In this document: piece by piece, positions 1 to 12,900 of the stretch
Layout of the letters: every line of letters starts with the position of its first letter
Numbering within the stretch: position 1 is the first letter of the stretch
Origin: a virus
DNA: 64,000 nucleotides
IMG/VR virus record: IMGVR_UViG_3300021964_000026
Coordinates: 38,932 to 102,931 of that record
Direction: 5' to 3' (one strand)
Translations under genes and position numbers: made by a program
Notes under the pieces: model-generated
Databases searched by the model: none
Told to the model about the DNA's origin: nothing
The model's input: the letters and a program-made list of their open reading frames with translations, nothing else

Positions 1-1948
1 ACTCAACATGGAGGTCTGCATCGGGGGCATTCGTGCCGATACCAAGACGGTTGTTGGTGTCGTCCCAATGTAAGTTTGCATCGTCGCTGGCGAACGCCGC
101 CCCGTCGCTGAACTGAACTGCACCAGCAACACCCGATGGTGTCCCACCGCCGCCAGCAGAAGCAAGCGCGGTGTCAATTCCAGCAAGGTGAGCCTCAACA
201 TCAGCGGTAGCGGCGGTGTAGTTGCTCGGCGTAGCGGCCACAGGAACTTCGTCAGCGTCTTGGTCAGCGGTCGCCGCAGTTTCAATACCCCCCAACTTTG
301 TCCGTTCAGCCGATGTGATGATGGCTCCACTACCCGCATTGGTCACATCATTGAGTTCAGTCACGCTGTGAGTTGAAAGGTCAGTAATGTCGCTCGGCTT
401 GTTGAGGATTTGCGCGTCACCACTTACCGCATTCCAATCAGCGTTGACATTGACTTCAGCACCCGTAGCAATACCGTTCAACTTGGTGTGGTCAGCATCG
501 GTGAACACATTGGAATCGGTAGCCGCTTCAACCGCCGCGCGGATTTCAGCATCGGTTTGGTCAGCCGTCGCACCCGCCTCAACACCAAGAAGGGTGAGCA
601 TTTCTCCTTGCGTGATACCTGTCGCAAAGGCTGGCGCACCGCCGCTGATTTCAATTGCAGGGGCATTAGCGATGATGGCTGACTGATAATCACACCGAAC
701 CCACACCGTTCCTTCGTAGATGAATGTAGCGCGGTGTCCCGATGAGAGTGTAGCATTCAGTCCGCTCGGTGTAGTTTGGTTGTCAAACACAATGTCCCCC
801 ACACCATCGTTGCACACCTCAATGATGTGGCCTTCGGGGAACTTGTAGTTCGCGCTTCCGTCTCGTTCGGGGTTGAGCGTGATGGTCACGCCGCTGTTTG
901 GCGAGAGCATGAGGAACGAATCACCTTCCGCCGTCAACACCCAAGTGCCGTTTGTGGTTAGCGCGGTGCTGGTTGCATCAACGCCTCGCCCCTGCAACCG
1001 CACCGAGTAGTGTCCCGTCTGTTCGTTGTTGCGCCCTGCGAAGTAAAACGAGTCAGCCGCGTGGCTACCGCCACGGTCTGCGCCGCGTGATGGACCTTGC
1101 CCGTAGCCAGCGTCGCTGGCCGATGGTGGAGTTTGAGCAAATGCACCGTAGCGCGGATGGCTTACCCAATGCACATTCACGGTATCGGTGATAGCGAGTT
1201 CGCCGTTATCGTTGTGGATAGCGTTGAGGTGTGCGATGTTGTTGATACCTTCCGCACCACCGTCTGCAATCTCGCCGCCGCTGGTGATTGTTCCGACAGA
1301 AAGAGGCACACGGTAATCGGCTGTGCTTTCCAAGAACACGCGCTTGTCGTTGATTTCAACAATGTTGAGGTTGTTTGTTCCACCACCGCTGGCGGCGTAT
1401 TCCACACGGACATGCGCAAGCACGATGACTTTGGAGTTATCACCCGATGAAAGCGTCTTGTAGTTGATGAGGTATTGATTGGACGCGGATGGGTAAAGTC
1501 CCGTTGTTGTATCCGCAGGGCTTCCTCCTTCGTAGTGGACTTTGTTGTTGCCGCCGCTCGGCGCAATGTAGATGGTGTAAATGGCTTCTTCGTTGGCCGA
1601 CAATGAAAGTGCGCCTGTTCCGTGTGAACCGCTGTTGAGGTCAAGCGTGATGGTGTTGCCAACGCCGCTTCCAAACTCGTAGAGCGCGCCATCAAGCACA
1701 GCAAAACCACCGCTCACGGTGAGTGTGCTTTTGGTTGCACGCACCATTGAACCGGGCTGGTTGCCGCTGTTCGTTTCGTTGCGCGTAGAGCCGAAGGCTC
1801 CGTCTTGATACCGAAGAATGCCGTTGCCATGCACACCCTGCATCATGTTTGTCAGCGTCGTGGGCGACAACGAATCGCCGTCTCGCAGTCCGTCTTCGCC
1901 AAGTGTGTTCTGCGCGGCTGTATGCCCTGCTATGTTATCTGTTGCCAT
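1..1948 (-). CDS. Tail fibre / receptor-binding protein, 3' end truncated by window edge (>=649 aa; absent from ORF track)
   Basis: Manual translation from ATG 1948 (TGATG overlap with upstream gene): MATDNIAGHTAAQNTLGEDGLRDGDSLSP...KLNGIATGAEVNVNADWNAVSGDAQILNKP...WDDTNNRLGIGTNAPDADLHVE, open to base 1. Gly/Thr/Ala-rich, with fibre-type LGIGTxxP and KLxGIxxGA repeats; distal position in tail module. Confidence 0.7.
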   Translation of the reverse strand, partial: MATDNIAGHTAAQNTLGEDGLRDGDSLSPTTLTNMMQGVHGNGILRYQDGAFGSTRNETNSGNQPGSMVRATKSTLTVSGGFAVLDGALYEFGSGVGNTITLDLNSGSHGTGALSLSANEEAIYTIYIAPSGGNNKVHYEGGSPADTTTGLYPSASNQYLINYKTLSSGDNSKVIVLAHVRVEYAASGGGTNNLNIVEINDKRVFLESTADYRVPLSVGTITSGGEIADGGAEGINNIAHLNAIHNDNGELAITDTVNVHWVSHPRYGAFAQTPPSASDAGYGQGPSRGADRGGSHAADSFYFAGRNNEQTGHYSVRLQGRGVDATSTALTTNGTWVLTAEGDSFLMLSPNSGVTITLNPERDGSANYKFPEGHIIEVCNDGVGDIVFDNQTTPSGLNATLSSGHRATFIYEGTVWVRCDYQSAIIANAPAIEISGGAPAFATGITQGEMLTLLGVEAGATADQTDAEIRAAVEAATDSNVFTDADHTKLNGIATGAEVNVNADWNAVSGDAQILNKPSDITDLSTHSVTELNDVTNAGSGAIITSAERTKLGGIETAATADQDADEVPVAATPSNYTAATADVEAHLAGIDTALASAGGGGTPSGVAGAVQFSDGAAFASDDANLHWDDTNNRLGIGTNAPDADLHVE

Positions 1949-2298
1949 CACGATACCTCCAATATGAATGAGAAGCGCACTTCGTTCTCCGCGCTCTTTG
2001 TGAGCGAATGAATGTCAGCGCGATACACAGGAACGAACTCTCCCGTAGACGCGTCTTTGTATTGCAGGTAAACCTCTTGGATAGGTTTGGCAAACACATG
2101 CGACGCGTTTAGCACACCTTCTACGAGAATGCTGGTGTCGTCAATGATTTGCACACGAGGCACGATGCGTGCCAGCGTGCGCGCACCGCCGTCTTCGGAT
2201 GTGGCGATGGTTCCGTCGCTACCGACATGCAACTCGTTGACAAGCGTCGCAAGGTGTTCCACCAAGCGTCTCTTGACAGCGTTGAGCATTGGCATCAA
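1948..2298 (-). CDS. Small tail/baseplate-associated protein (116 aa)
   Basis: Coupled between hub-like gene and tail fibre; beta-rich sequence. Confidence 0.55.
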   Translation of the reverse strand: MMPMLNAVKRRLVEHLATLVNELHVGSDGTIATSEDGGARTLARIVPRVQIIDDTSILVEGVLNASHVFAKPIQEVYLQYKDASTGEFVPVYRADIHSLTKSAENEVRFSFILEVS

Positions 2299-3965
2299 AT
2301 CTTCCTCCGTATTCGTCGTCCCTTCGTGGTTCGCATTTCGTGTGCGCGCGGTCGGAGCATACGCACCTCCGCCGCTGAACCGGGTATTGCGGCTCCGCTT
2401 ACCAAACTTACGCCTGTGAAAGTGGTGGCTGTTTTGCCGCTATACGATACGAGCGATTGGTCAGCGATGATGAGGTGGCCGCTTGAGTCAAAACCGTCGG
2501 TGCTGGCGACTGTGATAGCCCCCGCCGAGTGTGTGCCGCTGATGCGCTTCGTGATACCGAAGCCAAGTGCTGACCGACCCGAACCATATCCGCTGTTGCG
2601 GTGAGCCAAAAGCATGCCAGCGTGGATGTCCGAGCCTGTGTTTGTTGCGCTTGTTTTGGTTCTCGCCAACTTCCCGATAACAGGACGGATTCGCAGTATG
2701 CCGCGCACCTTCAACTCCGCGCTACCTACGCCGCTTTTGTTGACGCTAACAACCTGTTGAGTTCGGTCAGCCTCACCTGCTTCATCGTCTACATCTGCGT
2801 CGTTGCCGAAAGCGTTGACCACAGCCTCAAGTCCCGCTTCGTAAGAAATCATTTGAAAGTTTGAAGTGCCATCCGAACTGTGTTCCAACTCAATGATGGC
2901 TTGACGCGATTCGCTGAATGAGGATTTGTAGTCAACGACATCACCGGGTTCCATGTCCCAAGACTGCGCGTGAAGGTTTGACTGCAACGCACCTTGCGCT
3001 TTTTTGTTGAGGCGAAGCATTTGGTTTGCGCTACTTCGTGCTTTTGTTTCGTTGTTCACAGTAGGGTCTTTGACCTTCATTTGTTTGATTGAGCCTTGTC
3101 GCTTCTGTGCTTCCGCGTCATCTACTTCAACGCTGATGGCGTCGTTGAGAGCGATGCCTGTGCCGCGCATAAGAATGCGATTAGCGACATCGGTGATGGG
3201 GTCAACTTTGGTTTTGCCGATGCCGCGCTGGATACCCAACTCACGGTCTTTGATGTTGAAGATTTTAGGCGCGTATGTGAAGTTCCCAAAGCGGTCGTAA
3301 TACATGATGAAGTGGTCGTGCCGACCAACAAAGCGCACCGCTGTTGGCAGAACAGTTGAGTTGAAGTTTTGCGCAACGAAGAGCGTGCTGATACCTTTCG
3401 CTTGCACGCTGTTCAATCCATGCAACGCCTTCGTGAACAACTTCTCAACTAAATCGGTGCTTCGCAAACCAACGCTCACCGTTTGTCCAGCGCGAACATG
3501 ACTTGTCTCAATCATTTGATAGTCAGCCAAACTCTTTCCTCTCATGTTGATAAGTTGAACTTGCGCGCCTTTGGTTGCTGACGCAACACCCTGTGTTCGC
3601 AGACGAAGTGTTGGGTCGTTCGCATCAATCAACAACATGGGGCGAGATGATGACGCGCTTAGTTGTTCACCGTTGAAGAAAGGTGCGTCTTCGTGTGTTG
3701 TGTGCGCGAGTCTTACTGATGATTGTTCTTCGCTGATGCGATAACGACGAGGGTGAGTCGGTTGGAAATCCTCTTGGTTGGGTTTGCTCACTTGCGTTGT
3801 CTTGCTGGTGTCTTGAATTGTTTCGTAAACAACATGATGAACGGCGTTATCCACAAAGGTTGGGCTTTCAGCGATAGCCCCCACTTCGTCGTGAACTTCT
3901 TTTGCACGCCCAAGACGCTGACCCGCGTATGAAGTATTGGTTGGTGATGGAACGCTGAATGTCAT
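2295..3965 (-). CDS. Putative tail-tip/baseplate hub protein (556 aa)
   Basis: Hub-like pattern (YYDRFGNFTY...ANRILMRG...A+SANQML...DMEPGDVVDY) resembling phage late-control D/Tal hubs; position after giant tail protein. Confidence 0.55.
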   Translation of the reverse strand: MTFSVPSPTNTSYAGQRLGRAKEVHDEVGAIAESPTFVDNAVHHVVYETIQDTSKTTQVSKPNQEDFQPTHPRRYRISEEQSSVRLAHTTHEDAPFFNGEQLSASSSRPMLLIDANDPTLRLRTQGVASATKGAQVQLINMRGKSLADYQMIETSHVRAGQTVSVGLRSTDLVEKLFTKALHGLNSVQAKGISTLFVAQNFNSTVLPTAVRFVGRHDHFIMYYDRFGNFTYAPKIFNIKDRELGIQRGIGKTKVDPITDVANRILMRGTGIALNDAISVEVDDAEAQKRQGSIKQMKVKDPTVNNETKARSSANQMLRLNKKAQGALQSNLHAQSWDMEPGDVVDYKSSFSESRQAIIELEHSSDGTSNFQMISYEAGLEAVVNAFGNDADVDDEAGEADRTQQVVSVNKSGVGSAELKVRGILRIRPVIGKLARTKTSATNTGSDIHAGMLLAHRNSGYGSGRSALGFGITKRISGTHSAGAITVASTDGFDSSGHLIIADQSLVSYSGKTATTFTGVSLVSGAAIPGSAAEVRMLRPRAHEMRTTKGRRIRRKI

Positions 3966-6900
3966 GCACCCACCCCGTTGTCTGTTCTGTCTCCTTCGCT
4001 ACTGTGGTTGCTCGTGTTGAGTTTGTCGCCAGCGTAGAGCGATTGCGTGTAGCGTGGTTGCACCGTGTAGTCAAGACGAACAAATGTATCCTGTCCTTCG
4101 TTCACCGATTGCCGACGAGCCGCGTCGCCACGGAAGTGTTGTAGCGTGTTGTTGGTCACAATCATGCGCGCGACAGGTTGAGTAGCCAGCGTTGTGAAAT
4201 CGCTGGCTTCACTACCGGGGATTTGAGGTCCGTTGCTGGTAGGGTCGCTTGTTGATGTCGTAAGGTCAAACAAGTAAACAGGCGCGTATGGTGGGTTGGA
4301 CGGAGCAGGGTTGCTGTTTCGCATGTAGGAAGAAGCGGCATCAGCGGCGCGTGCGTTGGGCGTGTCGTAGACAAACACACCGTAGCGACCGGCGGCAGTT
4401 GCGGACAGCACATGCGTCGTATCATCACGGAACAATTCAATGTGTTGGTTATCAAGAACGCGCACAGGGCGAACGAGGAACTTGATGGTCGTGTCCTTTG
4501 TGTTGGTTCTGTATGAGGTTGAGTCATGATTGCTGGTTTGATACGGATTGGTCGTGACACCGGAAGACGCGCCCCAATTAAGGTCGCTGATTGCCTCTCC
4601 ATCCGATGAAACTTCCATGATGTAAGTGCCACCCAGCGGAGGAATGCCATGCGTGGTTCCAAACTTCAAAACCTGCTTGGCTGATGAAAGGTTGAGCGTG
4701 TGGAGATTGAGGTTGTCAACCGCGCGGTTTGCTGTGCTAACACCACCCGCGAGAATAAAGCGTTGTCCAACCTGTCGGTCGGTGTGAACGCTGTTTGCTT
4801 CGGTGCTGGCGACAACATATCGTGGCGACATCTGTCCATCATTTTCAACAACACTCATGCCGTCAATTCCAATACGCGGTTTTGATTTTGCAATCGGTTC
4901 TTGCATGAAAGTGAAGTTTGATTTTTCAACATTGGTTCCAACATTTGCTTCGCGCTTAAGCAATCCATCATCACCTGCGAGTTCCAACTTTGCGCTAATT
5001 CCACGAGCCACTTCGTGAGATTCCAATTGAACATTTGAAGGGCGCAAAAAGCCACTCATGAACGGCGGCTCGCTGGTGTGATGAGAAAGCACCAAACCAA
5101 ACGGACGCATGTCTTCGGACACATCTTGGAGAATGTCTTCGTTGAAGTAAGTAGGATAGCGCACACCGCGTCCGTCTCCACGGTCGCCTACGCGCTTGGC
5201 TGTCGCAGGGTCAAAGAAATGAATGTGTGTTTCTGCGCTTCGTAGGTTGCTATCGGTAAACATCGTCTCGGCTACCTTTGTTCGGTCTGTTGCCCGGTAT
5301 GCATCCTCCGGGTCCCAAGACGGGCGGATGCCAAAGCCGCGCACAGGGAAACGACGAACCTCTTCACCGGTCGTGTTGCCCCACCAATCAATCATGTAGT
5401 GCGCTTGAGCCAATGCGAGATTTACGCGTTGGTCATCCGCGTCTGTCCCTGCTCTATGACCCGTTGGTGAATCAGCGTGGAACTTGCGAAGAGCGGTTGT
5501 CGGGTTGCGTATGTTGCGCACCGCACAACCAAACCCTTTCGTCATTCGGCGACCATCGCTGTATCGCACCTGTTGAAACTTAAGGTCGCTACCGATAAGC
5601 GCGGATGCGTTTGTCTGCCGCTCAATGATGCCGACATAATTTTGCTTGGTGGTTTCTGTTGTTGAACTGTTAGCACTTCCGTTTTGCACATTGGTGCGCG
5701 TCGTTGCATTTTGACTGCTGATAAACGGACCTTCGGCTTGGAAGTGATAGTAGATGTGTGGGTCGCGCAATCCTTGATTTGCTTTGATAGACCAGCGCGG
5801 TCGGTTGTAAGGTTGACGAACGGATATACGGTATCCCCACCCTGCTTGTTTGTGTGTTGCTTTAGTTTGAATAGTATCCGTTGTCGTTTCTACATCAGCA
5901 TTTGCGACAGTCAAACCCTTTGCATCCGATACCTGCTTGATGTTGTTGTCATCCCACTTGTCGCGCCAACCGGGTGCGGCTGTGCCGTAAAGCGAAAGCG
6001 AACTCATTTGCGCACCAAAACGATGACCACCCGGCCAAAATGCACCGAGGTTGTATTTGCGCGACTTTCCGTCTATCCCTGCTTGATTGGTGAGCGCGGC
6101 CACAGAATAAGTGTCAGCGATTGAACCATCCACATTGCTCGGTGATTTCATTCGGAACTTGAACGGACCGTCGCTCATGGCGTAGGTAAACTCGTGGTAG
6201 TGAATCATCTCGTAGTGTTCGGGCGCGTGGTTGTAGGCTTTCTTGTCAACCGCCGCATCACCTTTGTTGGTTCGGCTGTCCGAAAACCATGTCATCGGAC
6301 GACCGAGGTTGTAGTGCCATAGGCAAAGGTATGCATCGGGCAAATGTAGGCTGTTGGTGTCGCGCGTTCCGGACAGCAGTTGTGGCAAGTTGCGCGTAGC
6401 AACACTTGCTTGTGATTTGTTGTAGACTTCACCAGCACCGAGGTTGTTAAACTTGGACTTGATGCGGACGGTTGCGCCTTGAACAGCCGCGCTCCAAAAT
6501 CCGCTCGTGATGGCTGTCACGCTGTTGAACACAACAGGACCACTTGCGCTAAGACCGCTGATGTAGCCACGGTCTTCGTATGATGCGGTTTGCTCTACAC
6601 CACTATCATCAATGATAACAAGGTGTTGCGCATAGTAGTCAGCACCAGCAACAGGGAAAAGGTTGTTGTTGCGCACATACAGTTTGCTGTTTGATTGGTC
6701 GCCGTGTTCAACAGTCGCGGTAGGCGTAAGAGAAGTGAGGTAGTCCGTGTAAACATCAAGGTAGTGGGACGGGTATCCAAGCATTGTCGTTTGTGTTCCA
6801 ACTGCACCAAGCGTTGAACGACAGAAGAGGTAGTAGTCATCGGGGTGATAGTGTTGCGAACCTTTCCACGGCGCAGTTGCCGAAAAAATCGTAGAAGAAG

Positions 6901-9900
6901 CAAGCGCGGCACTCCACCACGGAACGGTCACGGTGTGGCCCGGTGTTGAGCGGTGGAACATGTTTGGATGATACGGTAGACTGCGACGCGTAAATGCACC
7001 CGAAGAAGTAGCATTGACACCGAATGGGTTGCTCAATCCGAGTGTGGGAATGTTGGTGAATTGTTCGCGCGTTGATGGGTCAATGTCCAAAATAACTTCG
7101 TTGAGGTAGATTTCACAACCGCGCACATCAGCCATTGTTGCTTCGGAAAGAATGAGGTCGCGGTCTTGCATAGCGACGACCGTAGCAAACAGTTGGTCGG
7201 TGAGTGTGCGCACCGTTGTGTTTGTCCCACCGGGGTCTTCGGGAGCATCGGTTGAAGCAAAGGTCGTGTTCTCGTTGTTCCCCATGAATTGTTTGCTGAA
7301 CAGGTTGGGTTGGATAACAATTTGATATGCGCCTACTTCTGCTGGGTCGGGGAAATGGAAGGCGGTGTTGTAGTTGGTTCCGCTTTCAAGTTGAATGCGA
7401 TGACCACCAGCGGCGTTGCATGATGCGCTGTCATCTGCGACGCCGTATCCATCAAAGCGCAACTTGGTTTCAGTCAACAGCGTAAATCCATCACCGTGAA
7501 TATCGCTTGGTGGGTTAGACGCGGTTGTTCCCGAAAACCACACAAGCGGGTTGGCAATGGTCTTGGTTGTGTCGTAGTCGGTTGCACCAAAGCATGCGCG
7601 ATTTGCTTGGTAGATTTGTTGATAGAGTGGGTGTGCGAGGTGGCCGGGAAGCATCGCCATCGTCGGCATGACATAGTGGTGTCCCATGCGCGGTAATGGC
7701 ATGGGCGTCAATTTGTTTGCCGCGCGCACCAAAGTTGCTGGGCTTGTTCCAGCCGCGAGCGAAGTCCAATCGGTGTGTGCTTTGTCGGGGCTGTTCCCAC
7801 TCACTTCGGCGTGGTCACGCAATCTGCGCGCCGCAAACTGTCGTGTAGACCCAGCAGGGATGTAGTAAGACGGTTTGATGGCGTCGTCTTCTTTGGCTGT
7901 AAAATCGGGCGCGAAGACAACACCTGTAAATCTGTGATAGGTCACACCCTCAATCACCACGGTTGTGTTGTTAGTAAAAGACGCGATTGTGCCATTGACT
8001 GACAGGAAGTAGCGTCCGTCCGGTGTCGGGTCTTGCTTCCAAATGTCAGCCGTGATGCTTTCATTGACGGTGATGTAGTCGTTGCCTTTGTCTTTGAATG
8101 TCAATCTGTTGAGCGTCATAGCATTGCTGACGATGCGCAACGGTTCGCGTTCCGTATAGGTGTAGCCCATCTTGGTGATGTGAAAATACAACGCGCGGTC
8201 GTGAGGCTCGTATGCGGTTTCAAGAATGTTGGTTGATTGCAACGCGTTGTTGCTGTCGGGGAAGTTGTTTGGGTTTTGATTGATGTGTTCGTAGCCATCC
8301 TGTTCCCAAAACGGTTCTGTTCGCGGTCGGTCGCTGTCCGATTCAAACGCTTGAGACACACCGCTTACCGGTTGACTTGGGTGTTGCAACCCGCCACCAC
8401 CCAGCGTTTCATGCTGGTAGGCTTGTAGGCGGTCAAAACCAGCGCGCACAAGAATGTTGCCGGGGATGTCATCGTGATTCGGCAACTGAATGCGCATGTT
8501 AGGAGAAACGCCCGAACCTGCGAGTGCGGGTGCAAGACCTTCGTTTTCTCGGTCATGCACCATTTCGTAGTCGCGAACAACAACACCCAGCGGTGAACCA
8601 CCGGTCAGTCGGTGTTGTTGACCCGTATCATCAACAACTATGATTTCGGTGAATTGGATTTCTTCGTTCGGTATGTTAAGCGCGTTTCGGACTTCGTAGG
8701 GGTATTGTTCAGCGAGTGCTGGATGAGCCAACTCTTGTGCTTGGATAATTGGATACATTGCCGCGTTTGTTGTTTCAAACGAAAAGCGCACATTGCCGTA
8801 GATGGTTTCACCAAAGCGAATGTATTCCGACCCAACCTTGTGAACCTGCCACGGCATTGAACCAAGCCCTCGCGCGTTTTGAGCAGGGAGTGTAAGGTTG
8901 CCTCCACCCATCCGTTTCCAAACAACATGCTCGGCGAAGAAATTGCGTGCGGCTAATCGTCCTTTGTAGTGCGCGTAAATGCCATCGCGGTGTGTTGAAT
9001 AAGTATCGTAGCCTGTGTTTTCGGTCTTGGCTGTTTCCGAATCAAACAGATTATCGTTTGGGTAGTGCGCGTTGTTGGGGTTTTCGGTCTTGTCAAAGAA
9101 CAAATCACCGGTAGGATAGAGGCAGGTTTCAGCCTGTGCAAGTTGTGAAGCAGTAGCCGCCGATGTTGTCCACAACGGGTTTGCGTCTGTTGGTTCAGTC
9201 ATGGTGGTGTCGTGCATTGCTTCTACATGCGGACCAGCGTTTGATTCAGCGTTGTAGCGGTCGTTGTTGAAACGGTCGTTGTGATACGCTGTGATGGTCC
9301 CGCCTTGCGTTCCTCCCCACTTGAGTTGAAGCATGTCTCCGCAGGTTTGTTGTCCGTTGCGCGCGGCTTTAGCAATGATAGGCAGGTCGCCTTCATAAGA
9401 AATAACAACAAAGTGTCGTTGATGCATTCCGACTGCATTGTGCGTGCTGGTTTTTGGCTCCCAAATATAATCGCCGTTTTCCAACTCTCCACCTTCTGCT
9501 ATGCGCAAAACCCACTCCATTGATTGAGGGTTATGACATGCGGTAGCCGCACCGTAAGGCGTAAAGCCCAACATTGGATGCCATGCGCCAAGACCAGCCG
9601 CAACTTTGTTGCTGATGTTGAGACTGTTGAGGTAGGAATAACGCTCACCATGCCAGCCGACAGCACCAACCGCGCGTGTTCGGTCTATGGCATCAACAAC
9701 GCCGTTAAAGTGGACTTGTGTTGACGCATAATGGTCAAACGGGCTGTTTGACATTTGCCCCGACGAAGTTGCTCCTGTGGCTCGCGAGCCGTCAACTGCG
9801 TTTTGAAAGCCGTTATCCCAGCGCAAATTGCCAGCCTTTGACCAAACAAACACTTTGTGACCTTCTCCCGTTACGCTGGTTACATCGCCCGTTCCGCTAA

Positions 9901-12900
9901 GGCTTGGTTGCTCCAATCGGTTTTGTCCGTTTCGGAAGTTCGCTCCAAGAATAAATGTTCCTTGCGCGACATCGTAGTTTGAATAATACCCGTAGTAAGA
10001 ATTGACTCCGTTGCTCACGCGTATCCAACCGTTTTCGGGTAGCGTCATCGGCAACGCTGTTCCTACGGAGACATGTCCGCCGCTTCCAGCGTCGGTGTAA
10101 GTGCCGAGGTCGCCAACATCAATCCAACCATAGCGGTCTTGCCGTTGCGCGTCTTGGAATGAAGGAAGGAAAGAACCACCAAGAGCCTTGAGATTTGACC
10201 GACCGGGCCATGTATTGATTGCCGCGGCAACAACTGCACCCAACTCTTCGCTGTTTTGACAGCGCGTTGCATCAATCAAGAACACATCGTCGGGAACATC
10301 AGCATCCAAGTCATGGTCGTAGTCTGTTAGCACTTGAGAACCAACCCGGAACATTGTAGCGTTGAGTCCAAGTCGGTCAATGTATTGCACCGACGCGTTT
10401 GCTGAATTGACCAGCGTGGCCGTGACAGGATGCGGTGGGTTTTTGCGCACGCTATTATCAAACCATGACCCTCCAACCGTATAACCTCCGTCAAGGTGGA
10501 AAATCAGTTTGTCTTCACGGAAGTTGCTATGCGATGTTGGAAATCGCGCAACTGCGGTATAATGAGAAAATGGATGACCGTATTCGTTCGCCGCGCTTTG
10601 CACCACCGAGTTTGCACCGAAAAAATGACTGCTAACATAACGCGCTTCAGTAGAAACAGTTTGATTAAACGCGCTGTTTGGAGAACCATAAGACGGCTCC
10701 CAATGTCGGAATGTTTCGTATGGGAACACATTGTTTGCACCGTATGCATTGGTTGGTGGCAAAAATTGATTTGCCGCGCCGTTAAGTGTTCCATTGCTCA
10801 ACTCGTTAGGGAAGAAATAACCCGACTCATTGCCTTGATTGAAGGTTGTTGCCATTGCACCATCAAGTGAGCAGTATTTTTTGAACGCGGCAGTCCATTT
10901 TGCCGACGGCTCAACTGATGTCGTTATGCTCGCGCTTTCTCCACTCCAATGTTTCGGGACTGCTTGACCCGGACCGAACACCATGTAGGCTACGCTGTTG
11001 GTTGAATCCGTGTAGCGTGCGTATGGATGAGCAAACCGAAGCACGACGGGTGTTGGTTGCGCGATGTTGACATTGGTGTAGGTGGTGTCGGGAATGGTGT
11101 GCGTGTTGTTATTGCCGTCAATGTCGGTGTTGAGAATGGCGTCTTGGTTGGCGAACGGTGGAGTCGCTTCTCCGCGATGTTGATTTGTAAGAACAGTAGC
11201 AGGGAACATAGCAAACAACGCGGTTGTGTCAAGAAGCGCGTAGGCTCCCATTTTTTCTCCGATGTCTTGTAGACCAGCACTCCCCGTTGGACCGCTTGAG
11301 TAGGGGTGTTTGTTGTGTGTGCTATAATCTACACGCGACCCATCGTTGATGTCCATAACAACACCGCTGAATCCGCCTCCAAAGTAAAGCGGCACATGGT
11401 GGTCAATGCTGTCTTGTGCGCCTCGGAAGTAAAGCAACGGGTTGCCTTTTCTGTTTGCGCGTAGACGCAACCCTTGAATGTCATTGACGAACTTGAATCG
11501 TTGAAGGATGAGATTGGTGTCAAGTGAGTCTTTGAAATCACCTTTGCTGTCGTCGTGATGCCACGCGAGTAGATGTCGCGCTACATCAGTTGGTGCATCA
11601 ATTGAACTCAACGCGGCGCAATGAATGTAAGTGTCTTCGTCAATGTCCATGCGTTTGAACGGCGACCATGAGCCGTCAATGGTTGTGCTACCTCCGAACT
11701 CGGTTGATGAGTCTTGATTGAGATTGCTACCACCGCTGATGTGTTGCAATTGCCACGCGTATTGACGACCAAGAACAGCAAAATGATGTGGGTCGCGCAT
11801 TTCAATTTGATAGGTGTCATACGCTGTTCCACTTGGGTAGGCTAAACTTCCGCTTTGCGGGTCAAGTTCGTAAGTTGCCGCTTCAAGCGAGGGCGTGATG
11901 TGGTCGCCTTCATATCGCGTATATTTGTCGCCACGCAAATGCTTCTGCCAATCGTCAGTAGGCACAGCGTTGTTTGTTTGGTCAATGAGAATCGGTGTTG
12001 CTGTGTTTGCGTTGCTTCCTTTGTAGCGCGTAGCAATGTTGAGAAGCGTGTAAGGGATGTATCCAACTTCCTCCATTCCTTCGCCTACATCATTTCCAAG
12101 ACCACCGAATTGTCCTCCCGAACTAAAAGAAGCGGAGATAGTATCGTGTTCTTGACTGCTGGCTTGCAAACCCCAATCGCGCGATAAAGAAGCGGAAAAC
12201 AATTTGTTCAACGGGATGATTTCTTTGTCGCTATTGAACTTGGTGATTTTGATAGCAGTCTGTGCGGCTTCACCCATGACTTCACCGTAAGTGCGACCGT
12301 CGGGTGCGCGCAAGTGTGAACAGTCAAAGTATTGGTCGTCTTCGTTTGGGTCTGCTGTGAAAGCGAAAGCGGTTGCCGCGGCAATCAATTCGTCAGTTAC
12401 GATGGTTGTTTGGTTGAGGTGAGGACTGATAATAACAGGAGCGCGTGTGTTAGACACGCTGGTAGGTCCACACTTGTCTTGACTGTTAAACCAAGTTGCA
12501 ACCATTGAATCTGCTTCTACACCTTCAACTCCACCGAAGATGTGAGGACCGCCGCGACCGTTGTGTGTGCGCGAAGTGTATGAAAAAACGACACCAACTT
12601 TGTCGTATTGACTTCTTGATGATGGGATAGCCAGCCAAACCAACCCACTATCGGGGAAGCCCATCCAACCCAACACATCGTCAACATCCGGCAAATGATG
12701 CCAAATACCGCCGTTGTGATAGCCGTAGCCGCTCGCGTCATGAATAGCCAACTGATTGTTTGCCATTGCTGTGTCCATTGTGACAGCGTATCCAGCGTTA
12801 GGTGTGTAGACGCCGCGCCATTTGTTGCCGCGCCAATTATAGTCTGTCGTTCCTGTGTAAAAGAACGGCGTTCCATCACCACCCTTGCCCCACATGTTTG